NCBI GenBank assembly: GCA_002700405.1
Contig: PACY01000048.1
Span: 33,631 to 70,836 of the forward strand
Source of the DNA: Flavobacteriaceae bacterium
GTDB lineage: Bacteria; Bacteroidota; Bacteroidia; Flavobacteriales; Flavobacteriaceae
DNA length: 37,206 nucleotides
Direction: 5' to 3'
Shown here: piece by piece, positions 18,890 through 27,043 of the stretch
How the letters are laid out: the number at the start of each line of letters is the position of its first letter
Numbering within the stretch: position 1 is the first letter of the stretch
Position numbers and translations under genes: made by a program
The notes under the pieces: model-generated
The model's input: only the letters and a program-made list of their open reading frames with translations
Databases searched by the model: none
What the model was told of the DNA's origin: nothing

Positions 18890-19617
18890 TTTTAAAGGCT
18901 GATAATTTAATGAAATCCTATTCTGGGAAGAAAGTTGTTAAAGATATTTCTCTACAGCTAAAGCAAGGTGAGATAGTTGGCTTACTCGGACCAAATGGTG
19001 CTGGTAAAACAACTTCATTTTATATGATTGTAGGATTAATAAAACCCAACTCAGGAAAAATTTATCTAGATCAAGAAGAAATTACTAAATTCCCGATGTA
19101 TAAGAGAGCTCAGTATGGAATTGGATATTTAGCTCAAGAAGCTTCTGTCTTTAGAAAAATGAGCGTTGAAAATAATATTTTAAGCGTTCTACAATTAACC
19201 AAGTTATCTAAAAAGGATCAAAATAAAAGAATGGAATCTTTATTGGATGAGTTTGGCTTAACTCACATAAGAAAAAATAGGGGAGATTTACTTTCAGGTG
19301 GTGAAAGAAGAAGAACAGAAATAGCAAGAGCTCTTGCTACTGATCCAAGCTTCATACTTCTAGATGAACCATTTGCAGGAGTTGACCCTCTAGCTGTTGA
19401 AGATATTCAGAAGATAATTACTAAGCTTACTGAAAAAAATATTGGTATACTTATTACAGATCATAATGTTCGTGAAACCCTAGCAATAACTGACAGGACA
19501 TACCTTATGTTTGAAGGGAATATTCTTAAAGACGGTAAGCCTGAGGAACTAGCTGATGATGAAACTGTTAGAAAGGTCTATCTAGGTCAAAACTTCGAAC
19601 TAAGGAAAAAATCTTAA
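18886..19617 (+). CDS. lptB: LPS export ABC transporter ATP-binding protein LptB
   Basis: 243 aa. GPNGAGKTT, LSGGERRRTEIARAL, FILLDEPFAGVDP, ITDHNVRETL. ATGA overlap with the tatC stop. Confidence 0.9.
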   Translation: MILKADNLMKSYSGKKVVKDISLQLKQGEIVGLLGPNGAGKTTSFYMIVGLIKPNSGKIYLDQEEITKFPMYKRAQYGIGYLAQEASVFRKMSVENNILSVLQLTKLSKKDQNKRMESLLDEFGLTHIRKNRGDLLSGGERRRTEIARALATDPSFILLDEPFAGVDPLAVEDIQKIITKLTEKNIGILITDHNVRETLAITDRTYLMFEGNILKDGKPEELADDETVRKVYLGQNFELRKKS

Positions 19618-20291
19618 TTAGATCCATCTTTTACTTTTCTTAAGACAAAATAAGATACTATATAATAAACTACTAAAATAATTGGGATGGAAGCTTCCTT
19701 GATAGCAACAAGTAGTGCTAAGGAAACTAAAACAAGTAAGATTCTATATTTATTAAGTCCTTTAAAATTAAAATCTTTAAACTTTAGATTAATTAATTTA
19801 AATCTTGAGTTTAGCAAATAACAGCTTAAAATAGTGATAAAAATCAAAAAATTATTACTTACAATTACCTCCCTTATAGATAAGTTGTTTGATGATTCTA
19901 CAATTAACATTAGGGATAAAATAAATATAGTATTTGCTGGAGTTGGTAACCCTGTAAAGTATTTTAATTTTTTATTAGATAAATTAAAGTTAGCTAGTCT
20001 ATATGCAGAAGCTAATGTTATTAAAAACCCCAATAAGGGTAAAAATGGATCAAGAGAAACTTCCATAAACAATTTATACATTATAATCCCTGGGACCAAT
20101 CCAAAAGAAATTAGATCAGCCAATGAATCTAACTGAGCACCTAATTTACTTTCCATATTAAATTTTCTAGCTATTAATCCATCCATGAAATCAAAAAATA
20201 ATGCAATCAAAATAAGATAAGAAATAGATTGCATTGACAAATTGTCTTCTATCAAAAGCAATATAATAATGCATCCTAAAAAAAGATTCAA
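19614..20291 (-). CDS. pssA: CDP-alcohol phosphatidyltransferase, phosphatidylserine synthase-like
   Basis: DFMDGLIARKFNMESKLGAQLDSLADL matches the DGx2ARx8Gx3Dx3D motif. The track start (20291) is TTG. The frame stays open to 20357 and encodes the conserved IIPNILTLLNL segment with no ATG/GTG/TTG upstream, so the true start is uncertain. Confidence 0.75.
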   Translation of the reverse strand: MNLFLGCIIILLLIEDNLSMQSISYLILIALFFDFMDGLIARKFNMESKLGAQLDSLADLISFGLVPGIIMYKLFMEVSLDPFLPLLGFLITLASAYRLANFNLSNKKLKYFTGLPTPANTIFILSLMLIVESSNNLSIREVIVSNNFLIFITILSCYLLNSRFKLINLKFKDFNFKGLNKYRILLVLVSLALLVAIKEASIPIILVVYYIVSYFVLRKVKDGSN

Positions 20292-20440
20292 CAGAGTTAA
20301 TATGTTAGGAATAATTCTAATAATTAAAAATTCAGATTTGAATACTAATATAGTAACTTATTAAATAATATCTTTATACACCTTATTGATTTTGGGTTGT
20401 TTATATAATATAACACAATAACAAAGTCAATTAGAAGTTT

Positions 20441-20459
20441 TTATTGATATTATCAATAA
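20441..20459. promoter_or_regulatory. Perfect 19-nt palindrome TTATTGATA-T-TATCAATAA abutting the ATG of the PorV-like gene
   Basis: Read directly. Its last base is the A of the ATG at 20459. An extra TTATTGAT half-site lies at 20383-20390. Confidence 0.3.
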
Positions 20460-21526
20460 TGAAGAGGTTAGTTTTCTTATTATTATTTTCCATTGTAGGA
20501 ATAAATGCACAGGATAATTCAAAATATTCTAATGAGTTCCTAAATATTGGTGTAGATGCTCAATCAATAGGAATGAGCAATGCTGTAGTTTCTAACATAT
20601 CAGATGTTAACTCAACTTATTGGAATCCAGCTGGCTTATTACAACTAGAAGACAAACAAATTTCACTAATGCATTCAAACTATTTTGCCAATATAGCAAC
20701 ATATAATTTTATTGCGTATGCAACACCAATTGATGATGATTCAGCATTAGGATTCTCTATGGTAAGGTTTGGCGTTGATGATATTCTAGATACAACACAG
20801 TTAATTGATGATCAAGGGAATATAAATTTTGATAGAATAAATTTATTCTCAACTGCTGATTATGCATTTCTATTCTCCTATGCGAGAAGATTAAAGTTTA
20901 AAAATTTAAACTATGGAGTTAATTTAAAAATTATCAGAAGAATTATAGGAGATTTTTCTAGTTCTTGGGGTTTTGGGTTTGATTTTGGCATACAGTTTAA
21001 AACTAATAATGATTGGAATTTTGGCTTAATGGCAAGAGACATTACAACAACCTATAATTCTTGGACTATAAACGGAGATAAATTAAATGATATTCAAAAT
21101 GCAATTGAAGGTCAAAATCAAGAAATACCTACTGGTACAGAAATAACTATTCCAAAATTACAGTTAGGTGTTTCAAAAGAAATAGATATAAAAAATGATT
21201 ATACTTTATTAGCAGCATTAGACCTAATAGTAAAGTTTGAAGAGAATAATGATATAATTTCCACTAATTTTGCTAGTATAAATCCTGCAATAGGATTAGA
21301 ACTTGGTTATATTGACCTCGTTTTTCTAAGGCTTGGTATGGGTAATTTTCAAAATGAGTTACAATTTGATAATTCTAGTGAAGTTAGCTTTCAGCCAAAT
21401 TTTGGAATTGGATTCAAATATAAAAGTATTGAAATGGATTATGCATTTACAGATATTGGAAATCAAAGCATTGCTTTATATTCTAATATATTTTCATTAA
21501 AATTTGACCTTAATTTATTTAGATAA
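20459..21526 (+). CDS. PorV/PorQ-family (FadL-like) outer-membrane beta-barrel protein
   Basis: The ATG at 20459 gives signal peptide MKRLVFLLLFSIVGINAQ; the track TTG at 20444 is probably too far upstream. NEFLNIGVDAQSIGMSNAVVSNISDVNSTYWNPAGL matches the PorV N-terminal pattern FLxIxxDARxxGMGxAxxAxxxDxxxxxWNPA. C-terminal ...FSLKFDLNLF. Confidence 0.6.
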   Translation: MKRLVFLLLFSIVGINAQDNSKYSNEFLNIGVDAQSIGMSNAVVSNISDVNSTYWNPAGLLQLEDKQISLMHSNYFANIATYNFIAYATPIDDDSALGFSMVRFGVDDILDTTQLIDDQGNINFDRINLFSTADYAFLFSYARRLKFKNLNYGVNLKIIRRIIGDFSSSWGFGFDFGIQFKTNNDWNFGLMARDITTTYNSWTINGDKLNDIQNAIEGQNQEIPTGTEITIPKLQLGVSKEIDIKNDYTLLAALDLIVKFEENNDIISTNFASINPAIGLELGYIDLVFLRLGMGNFQNELQFDNSSEVSFQPNFGIGFKYKSIEMDYAFTDIGNQSIALYSNIFSLKFDLNLFR

Positions 21527-21530
21527 TACT

Positions 21531-22715
21531 ATGCTAAAAAAAGTTCTATTAATCTTACTATCAGTATTTATCCTAGAGATAGATGCGCAAGAAAATATAG
21601 AAGAAACACCTCAATATGAAGTTAGCATACTAACCATTGGACCTGGAAATTCTTTAAGTGATGCTTTTGGTCACTCTGGAATTAGAGTAATAGATAGAGT
21701 AAATGATTATGATATAGTTTTTAATTATGGTGTATATGACTTTAATGCACCTAATTTTTATGGAAATTTTGTAAAAGGAAGACCTATATACAGTCTTGGT
21801 TTAAATAATTATGAAAATTTTTATAAAAACTATGTAAATCAATCTAGACAAATTATCGAACAAAAATTAGATTTATCTGAATACAAAAAAAGAATATTCG
21901 TAAACAGGTTAATTACAAATTCTAAAGAAGCAAATAAATTTTATGAGTATAATTATTTTGAAAATAATTGCTCTACAAAAATTGCTGATATATTTAATGA
22001 AATTCTTGAAGAAGATATTAAAAATGAGGGTTTACATAAAGTCAATGTAGGCCCAAATTCATACAGAAAATTAGTTTATGAAAATATTAACCCTAATTCC
22101 TGGGGAGCATTAGGAATTGATATATGTCTTGGAGCTATAATTGATAAAAACATCAACTCTCAAGATGAATTATTTCTTCCATATAATTTAAAATCATATT
22201 TTGATGATTTAGGTAATTCAAACATTAGAAATGGAAATTTAGTAACAACCTCAGTATTATTTGGCGAATACTCAAAATATACTGAAACATTAATTTCACC
22301 AATATATTTATTGCTAATCTTATCATTAATTATTATTTCTATTACCTATATAGATTACTTAAGAAGAACAAGAAGTGTACTATTAGACTCCATTGTTTTA
22401 CTAATTACAGGGATAATTGGATTATTATTAATCTACTTATGGTTTTTTAGTAATCACACGGCATCTGCATGGAATTATAATCTATTATGGGCAATCCCTT
22501 TTAATTTAATTCTATTTATTGAGTTGCTTAAGAAAAAACAAAAAAAATGGGTTATATCATACCTAAAATTAATTATTATTATGCTATTGCTTATGTGCCT
22601 TCATTGGGTTGTTGGGGTTCAAATCTTTAACATTAGTTTAATTTCATTAATTTTAGCATTAATAATTAGGTATTTTTACCTAATTAAATACTTCACAAAT
22701 TCAATCAGACAATAA
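21531..22715 (+). CDS. DUF4105 (Lnb-like N-terminal periplasmic domain) protein with about 5 C-terminal TM helices
   Basis: The ATG at 21531 gives MLKKVLLILLSVFILEIDAQ; the track TTG at 21504 overlaps the previous gene. SILTIGPGNSLSDAFGHSGIRV...YNYFENNCSTKIAD is DUF4105-like. The C-terminal third is hydrophobic. Confidence 0.65.
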   Translation: MLKKVLLILLSVFILEIDAQENIEETPQYEVSILTIGPGNSLSDAFGHSGIRVIDRVNDYDIVFNYGVYDFNAPNFYGNFVKGRPIYSLGLNNYENFYKNYVNQSRQIIEQKLDLSEYKKRIFVNRLITNSKEANKFYEYNYFENNCSTKIADIFNEILEEDIKNEGLHKVNVGPNSYRKLVYENINPNSWGALGIDICLGAIIDKNINSQDELFLPYNLKSYFDDLGNSNIRNGNLVTTSVLFGEYSKYTETLISPIYLLLILSLIIISITYIDYLRRTRSVLLDSIVLLITGIIGLLLIYLWFFSNHTASAWNYNLLWAIPFNLILFIELLKKKQKKWVISYLKLIIIMLLLMCLHWVVGVQIFNISLISLILALIIRYFYLIKYFTNSIRQ

Positions 22716-22719
22716 TTCT

Positions 22720-23277
22720 ATGAAAATTTATACAAAATCAGGAGATAAAGGATCTACAAAATTAATTGGGGGTAAAGATGTCAAGAAACATAATATTCAG
22801 GTTGATGCTTATGGATCAATTGACGAACTAAATTCATATATAGGCTTAATAAGAGATTTTACAAATGATTCTAAAACAAAAAAATCACTCATAGAAATAC
22901 AAAGGAATTTATTTAATATAGGTGCAATACTTGCATTTCAAGACAAAGAAACAGCAGATAAAATTTTGAAAACTAAAAATCTAAAAATCTTAAATAAAGA
23001 TATCACTACAATAGAAAACGATATTGATTTTATCTCAGAAAAATTATCAAAAATTGACAAATTTATTATCCCAGGTGGTCATGAAAATGTTTCATATTGT
23101 CATATAGCTAGGTCCGTTTGCAGAAGAGCTGAGAGAAATGCCTCAAAACTAAAATCTGTTTATGATTTTCAAGATGAAATTTTAGTATACCTAAATAGAC
23201 TTTCTGATTATATATTTATGCTAGCAAGAAAATTTTCTAATGAACTAGAGGTTGAAGAAATACCTTGGGAATCATAG
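22720..23277 (+). CDS. PduO-type ATP:cob(I)alamin adenosyltransferase
   Basis: 185 aa. MKIYTKSGDKGSTKLIGG..., DELNSYIGL, FIIPGG, ARSVCRRAER, YLNRLSDYIFMLAR. Confidence 0.85.
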   Translation: MKIYTKSGDKGSTKLIGGKDVKKHNIQVDAYGSIDELNSYIGLIRDFTNDSKTKKSLIEIQRNLFNIGAILAFQDKETADKILKTKNLKILNKDITTIENDIDFISEKLSKIDKFIIPGGHENVSYCHIARSVCRRAERNASKLKSVYDFQDEILVYLNRLSDYIFMLARKFSNELEVEEIPWES

Positions 23278-23303
23278 TTATTTAAAAAAATATCCATAAT
23301 CAC

Positions 23304-23333
23304 TTGCTTTTTTCGTCTAAAAATATATTTTTG
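23304..23333 (+). promoter_or_regulatory. Bacteroidota-type promoter TTG-N19-TATTTTTG upstream of the DUF2795 gene
   Basis: TTG at 23304-23306 and TAnnTTTG match at 23326-23333, 16 nt before the ATG at 23350. Confidence 0.4.
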
Positions 23334-23349
23334 CAAAAAATACTTTATC

Positions 23350-23571
23350 ATGTATTGGACTTTAGAATTAGCCTCTTATTTAAGTGATGCTCCATGGCCA
23401 GCTACAAAAGATGAATTGATAGATTATTCTATTAGAACTGGAGCACCATTAGAAGTTGTTGAAAACTTACAGGCAATTGAAGATGAAGGGGATCTTTATG
23501 AATCCATTCAAGAAATATGGAATGATTATCCAACTGATGAAGATTATCTTTGGAATGAAGATGAATATTAA
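23350..23571 (+). CDS. DUF2795 family small acidic protein
   Basis: 73 aa. LASYLSDAPWPATKDELIDYSIRTGAPLEVVENLQAI matches my recollection of the DUF2795 pattern. Own promoter-like and terminator-like elements. Confidence 0.65.
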   Translation: MYWTLELASYLSDAPWPATKDELIDYSIRTGAPLEVVENLQAIEDEGDLYESIQEIWNDYPTDEDYLWNEDEY

Positions 23572-23576
23572 ACTCC

Positions 23577-23605
23577 AAAAAGTCTCTTAACTGAGGCTTT
23601 TTTTT
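23577..23605 (+). terminator. Candidate rho-independent terminator after the DUF2795 gene
   Basis: Stem GTCTC (23582-86) / GAGGC (23593-97) including one G-U pair. The flanking A/T tracts extend the stem. 6-nt loop, followed by 8 T. Confidence 0.45.
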
Positions 23606-23627
23606 AATATTTTCATTAAACAAATTG

Positions 23628-23635
23628 TATCTTTG
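23628..23635 (+). promoter_or_regulatory. -7 box TATCTTTG upstream of secA
   Basis: Exact TAnnTTTG match, 29 nt before the ATG at 23665. Confidence 0.35.
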
Positions 23636-23664
23636 AAAATTAAAATCACTATCTGATAAAACTT

Positions 23665-26600
23665 ATGAGTTTTTTTAATTCAATTCTTAAATTATTTGTA
23701 GGAGACAAAGCCAAAAAGGATGTAAAATTAATACTACCTATAGTTGAAGAAATTAAATCATTTGAAGATGAGATTTCTAAACTAAATGACAATGAATTAA
23801 GAGAGCAGACTCAAAATTTTAAATCTGAAATAAATTCATCTATTAATGAAATTAAAGAACAGATAAAACAGCTCAAAGATGATGTAGATAAGACTAAAGA
23901 CTTTGACAAAAAAGAAGATCTATATAACCAAATAGATAATCTTGAAGAAGAATGCTACAAAACCACTGAAGATACTCTGAATAAAATCTTGCCTAAAGCG
24001 TTTGCAGTCATTAAAGAGACCGCAAAACGCTTCTTTAATAACAAAGAAATTACCGTTAAAGCAACAGCTTTTGATAGAGAAATTTCTTCAAATAAGGATT
24101 ATGTGCAGCTAAATCAAGACAATGCTGTTTGGAAAAACTCATGGGATGCAGCTGGCAAACCAATAACCTGGGATATGATTCACTATGATGTGCAATTGAT
24201 TGGCGGTATTACTATGCACCAAGGCAAAATTGCTGAAATGCAAACTGGAGAAGGTAAAACTCTAGTAGCAACCTTGCCAGTATATTTAAACGCTTTATCA
24301 GGAAGAGGAGTTCATATTGTAACAGTTAATGATTATTTAGCAAAAAGGGATAGTGCTTGGATGGCTCCAATCTTCGAATTTCATGGGTTGAAAGTAGATT
24401 GTATTAATTATTATAAGCCTAACTCAACCGAAAGAAAAAACGCCTATAATGCTGATATTACATATGGAACAAATAATGAATTTGGGTTTGACTATCTAAG
24501 AGATAATATGGCTAACTCTCCTGATGATCTTGTTCAAAGGAAGCATAATTATGCTATTGTTGATGAGGTTGATTCTGTTTTGGTAGATGACGCAAGAACT
24601 CCTTTAATAATATCTGGTGCAGTTCCTCAGGGTGATAAACATGAATTTAATGAGCTTAAACCTAAAATTGAAAAGATAGTATCTGTACAAAGACAATTGT
24701 TAACTGCTACATTGGCTGAGGCAAAAAATAATATTTCTGATAATAACAAAGATGAAGGTGCTTTCAATTTACTTAGAGTATATAGAGGAATTCCAAAAAA
24801 TAAAGCATTAATTAAATATTTGAGTGAGGAAGGTATAAAACAGTTATTGCAAAAAACTGAGAATTTTTACATGCAAGACAATAACAAGGAAATGCCAAAG
24901 ATTGATGAGGCGCTTTATTATGTTATTGATGAAAAAAACAATCAGATAGAACTTACTGACAAAGGAATTGAATTCCTTTCAGGAAAAGATGATCCAAACT
25001 TTTTTATTATGCCAGAAATAGGAATGGAAATATCTAAAATAGAATCTAAGGAATATAAACCTGAAAAAGAAGCAGCTTTAAAAGAAGAGCTTTATAGAGA
25101 TTTTAATATTAAATCTGAAAGAATTCATTCAATAAACCAACTACTTAAAGCTTATGCATTATTTGAAAAAGATATTCAGTACGTAGTAATGGAAAATAAA
25201 GTACTGATAGTTGATGAACAAACTGGAAGGATAATGGATGGGAGAAGATATAGTGATGGTCTTCATCAAGCAATAGAAGCTAAAGAAAATGTTAAAATTG
25301 AATCTGCTACACAAACATTTGCTACTATAACTCTGCAAAATTATTTTAGGATGTATGGTAAACTTTCAGGAATGACAGGTACTGCAGTAACTGAAGCTGG
25401 AGAATTTTGGGATATCTATAAGCTAGATGTAATTGAAATTCCAACAAATAAGCCTGTAATTAGAGATGACAAAGAAGATTTAGTGTATAAAACTAAAAGA
25501 GAAAAATATAATGCAGTTATTGAACAAGTCACCAATTTATCTCAGTTAGGTCGACCTGTATTAATTGGTACTACTTCTGTTGAAATTAGTGAACTACTTG
25601 GAAAAATGCTTAGTATAAGAAAAGTACCTCACAATATTTTGAATGCAAAGCTTCACAAAAAAGAATCTGATATTGTTGCTGAAGCTGGTAAATCAGGCCA
25701 AGTCACTATCGCCACTAACATGGCAGGAAGGGGAACCGATATTAAACTAAGTAAAGAAGTTCTTGATATAGGAGGATTAGCCATTGTTGGTACAGAAAGA
25801 CATGATTCAAGAAGAGTTGATAGACAATTAAGAGGTAGATCTGGAAGACAAGGAGACCCTGGTAGTTCGCAATTTTATGTTTCTCTTGAAGACAATTTAA
25901 TGAGATTATTTGGTAGTGAAAAGATTGCAAAAATGATGGATAGAATGGGGTTAGAAGAAGGAGAGGTAATTCAACACTCCATGATAACTAAATCAATTGA
26001 AAGAGCACAAAAAAAAGTAGAAGAAAATAATTTTGGGATAAGAAAAAGATTGCTAGAGTATGATGACGTAATGAATGCTCAAAGGGAAGTTATTTACAAA
26101 AGGAGACATAACTCATTGTTTGGTGACAGATTAAGGATAGATATTGCAAATATGATATATGACACATGTGAAAGTATTGTATTAAACAATAAAGAAACTA
26201 ATGATTACAAAAATTTTGAATTTGAATTAATAAAATTCTTTTCTATAAGCACAGATTTATCATCCGAAGAATTTGAATCAATAAATGATAATGAAATTAT
26301 AAATAAAATTTATAAACTAGCACTTGCTCACTACTTAAATAAAATTGAAGCAAATGCTAAATTAGCCTTCCCTGTAATAAAACATGTATATGAAAATCAA
26401 AAGGATAGGTTTAAACGAATTGTTGTTCCTTTTACTGATGGAATTAAAACTCTTCAGGTAGTTACAGATTTAGAAAAAGCGTATTCATCTGATGGACAGC
26501 AGCTTGTAACAGATTTTGAAAAGAACATATCATTAGCAATTTTAGATAATTCATGGAAAAACCATTTAAGAAAAATGGATGAACTAAAACAATCTGTTCA

Positions 26601-27024
26601 ATTAGCAGTTCATGAGCAAAAGGACCCCTTATTAATATATAAATTTGAATCTTTTGAATTATTTAAAAACTTAATCGATGAAGTAAATAAAGATATTTTA
26701 TCATTTTTATTTAAAGCTGAGATTTCAAATGAAAGTGCAAAAAACATTCAAGAAGCTAGGCCAAGGAAAATCACTAAGATTAATACATCTAAGGAAGAGA
26801 TTCCAAATATTGATGAGTTAAGCTCAAGAAACAAGGCAGCTGGAAATACTCAAACCCAACAAATAGAGACAATTGTAAGAGATAAACCAAAGATTGGAAG
26901 AAATGATAGAATAACAATAAAGAATGTTTCTACTGGTGAGAATAAAGAGATGAAATTCAAGCATGCTGAACCATTAATTAATAAAGGAGAATGGGTGATT
27001 TCAGAAAAAACTGCTACTCCATAA
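23665..27024 (+). CDS. secA: Preprotein translocase ATPase SecA
   Basis: 1119 aa. MQTGEGKTLVATLP (Walker A), VDEVDSVLVDDARTPLIISG (DEAD), TNMAGRGTDIKL, RQLRGRSGRQGDPGSS. Confidence 0.95.
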   Translation: MSFFNSILKLFVGDKAKKDVKLILPIVEEIKSFEDEISKLNDNELREQTQNFKSEINSSINEIKEQIKQLKDDVDKTKDFDKKEDLYNQIDNLEEECYKTTEDTLNKILPKAFAVIKETAKRFFNNKEITVKATAFDREISSNKDYVQLNQDNAVWKNSWDAAGKPITWDMIHYDVQLIGGITMHQGKIAEMQTGEGKTLVATLPVYLNALSGRGVHIVTVNDYLAKRDSAWMAPIFEFHGLKVDCINYYKPNSTERKNAYNADITYGTNNEFGFDYLRDNMANSPDDLVQRKHNYAIVDEVDSVLVDDARTPLIISGAVPQGDKHEFNELKPKIEKIVSVQRQLLTATLAEAKNNISDNNKDEGAFNLLRVYRGIPKNKALIKYLSEEGIKQLLQKTENFYMQDNNKEMPKIDEALYYVIDEKNNQIELTDKGIEFLSGKDDPNFFIMPEIGMEISKIESKEYKPEKEAALKEELYRDFNIKSERIHSINQLLKAYALFEKDIQYVVMENKVLIVDEQTGRIMDGRRYSDGLHQAIEAKENVKIESATQTFATITLQNYFRMYGKLSGMTGTAVTEAGEFWDIYKLDVIEIPTNKPVIRDDKEDLVYKTKREKYNAVIEQVTNLSQLGRPVLIGTTSVEISELLGKMLSIRKVPHNILNAKLHKKESDIVAEAGKSGQVTIATNMAGRGTDIKLSKEVLDIGGLAIVGTERHDSRRVDRQLRGRSGRQGDPGSSQFYVSLEDNLMRLFGSEKIAKMMDRMGLEEGEVIQHSMITKSIERAQKKVEENNFGIRKRLLEYDDVMNAQREVIYKRRHNSLFGDRLRIDIANMIYDTCESIVLNNKETNDYKNFEFELIKFFSISTDLSSEEFESINDNEIINKIYKLALAHYLNKIEANAKLAFPVIKHVYENQKDRFKRIVVPFTDGIKTLQVVTDLEKAYSSDGQQLVTDFEKNISLAILDNSWKNHLRKMDELKQSVQLAVHEQKDPLLIYKFESFELFKNLIDEVNKDILSFLFKAEISNESAKNIQEARPRKITKINTSKEEIPNIDELSSRNKAAGNTQTQQIETIVRDKPKIGRNDRITIKNVSTGENKEMKFKHAEPLINKGEWVISEKTATP

Positions 27025-27043
27025 AAAATTAATCTATTTTATC

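Noticed and set aside
17915-20136. ORFs 17915..18097 (-), 18155..18370 (-) and 19834..20136 (+)
   Set aside because: They lie antisense to kdsD/tatC and pssA. They have no motifs and are fully overlapped.
23432-23623. 63-aa minus-strand ORF opposite the DUF2795 gene and terminator
   Set aside because: It overlaps a better-supported gene that has its own promoter-like and terminator-like signals. The translation has no features.
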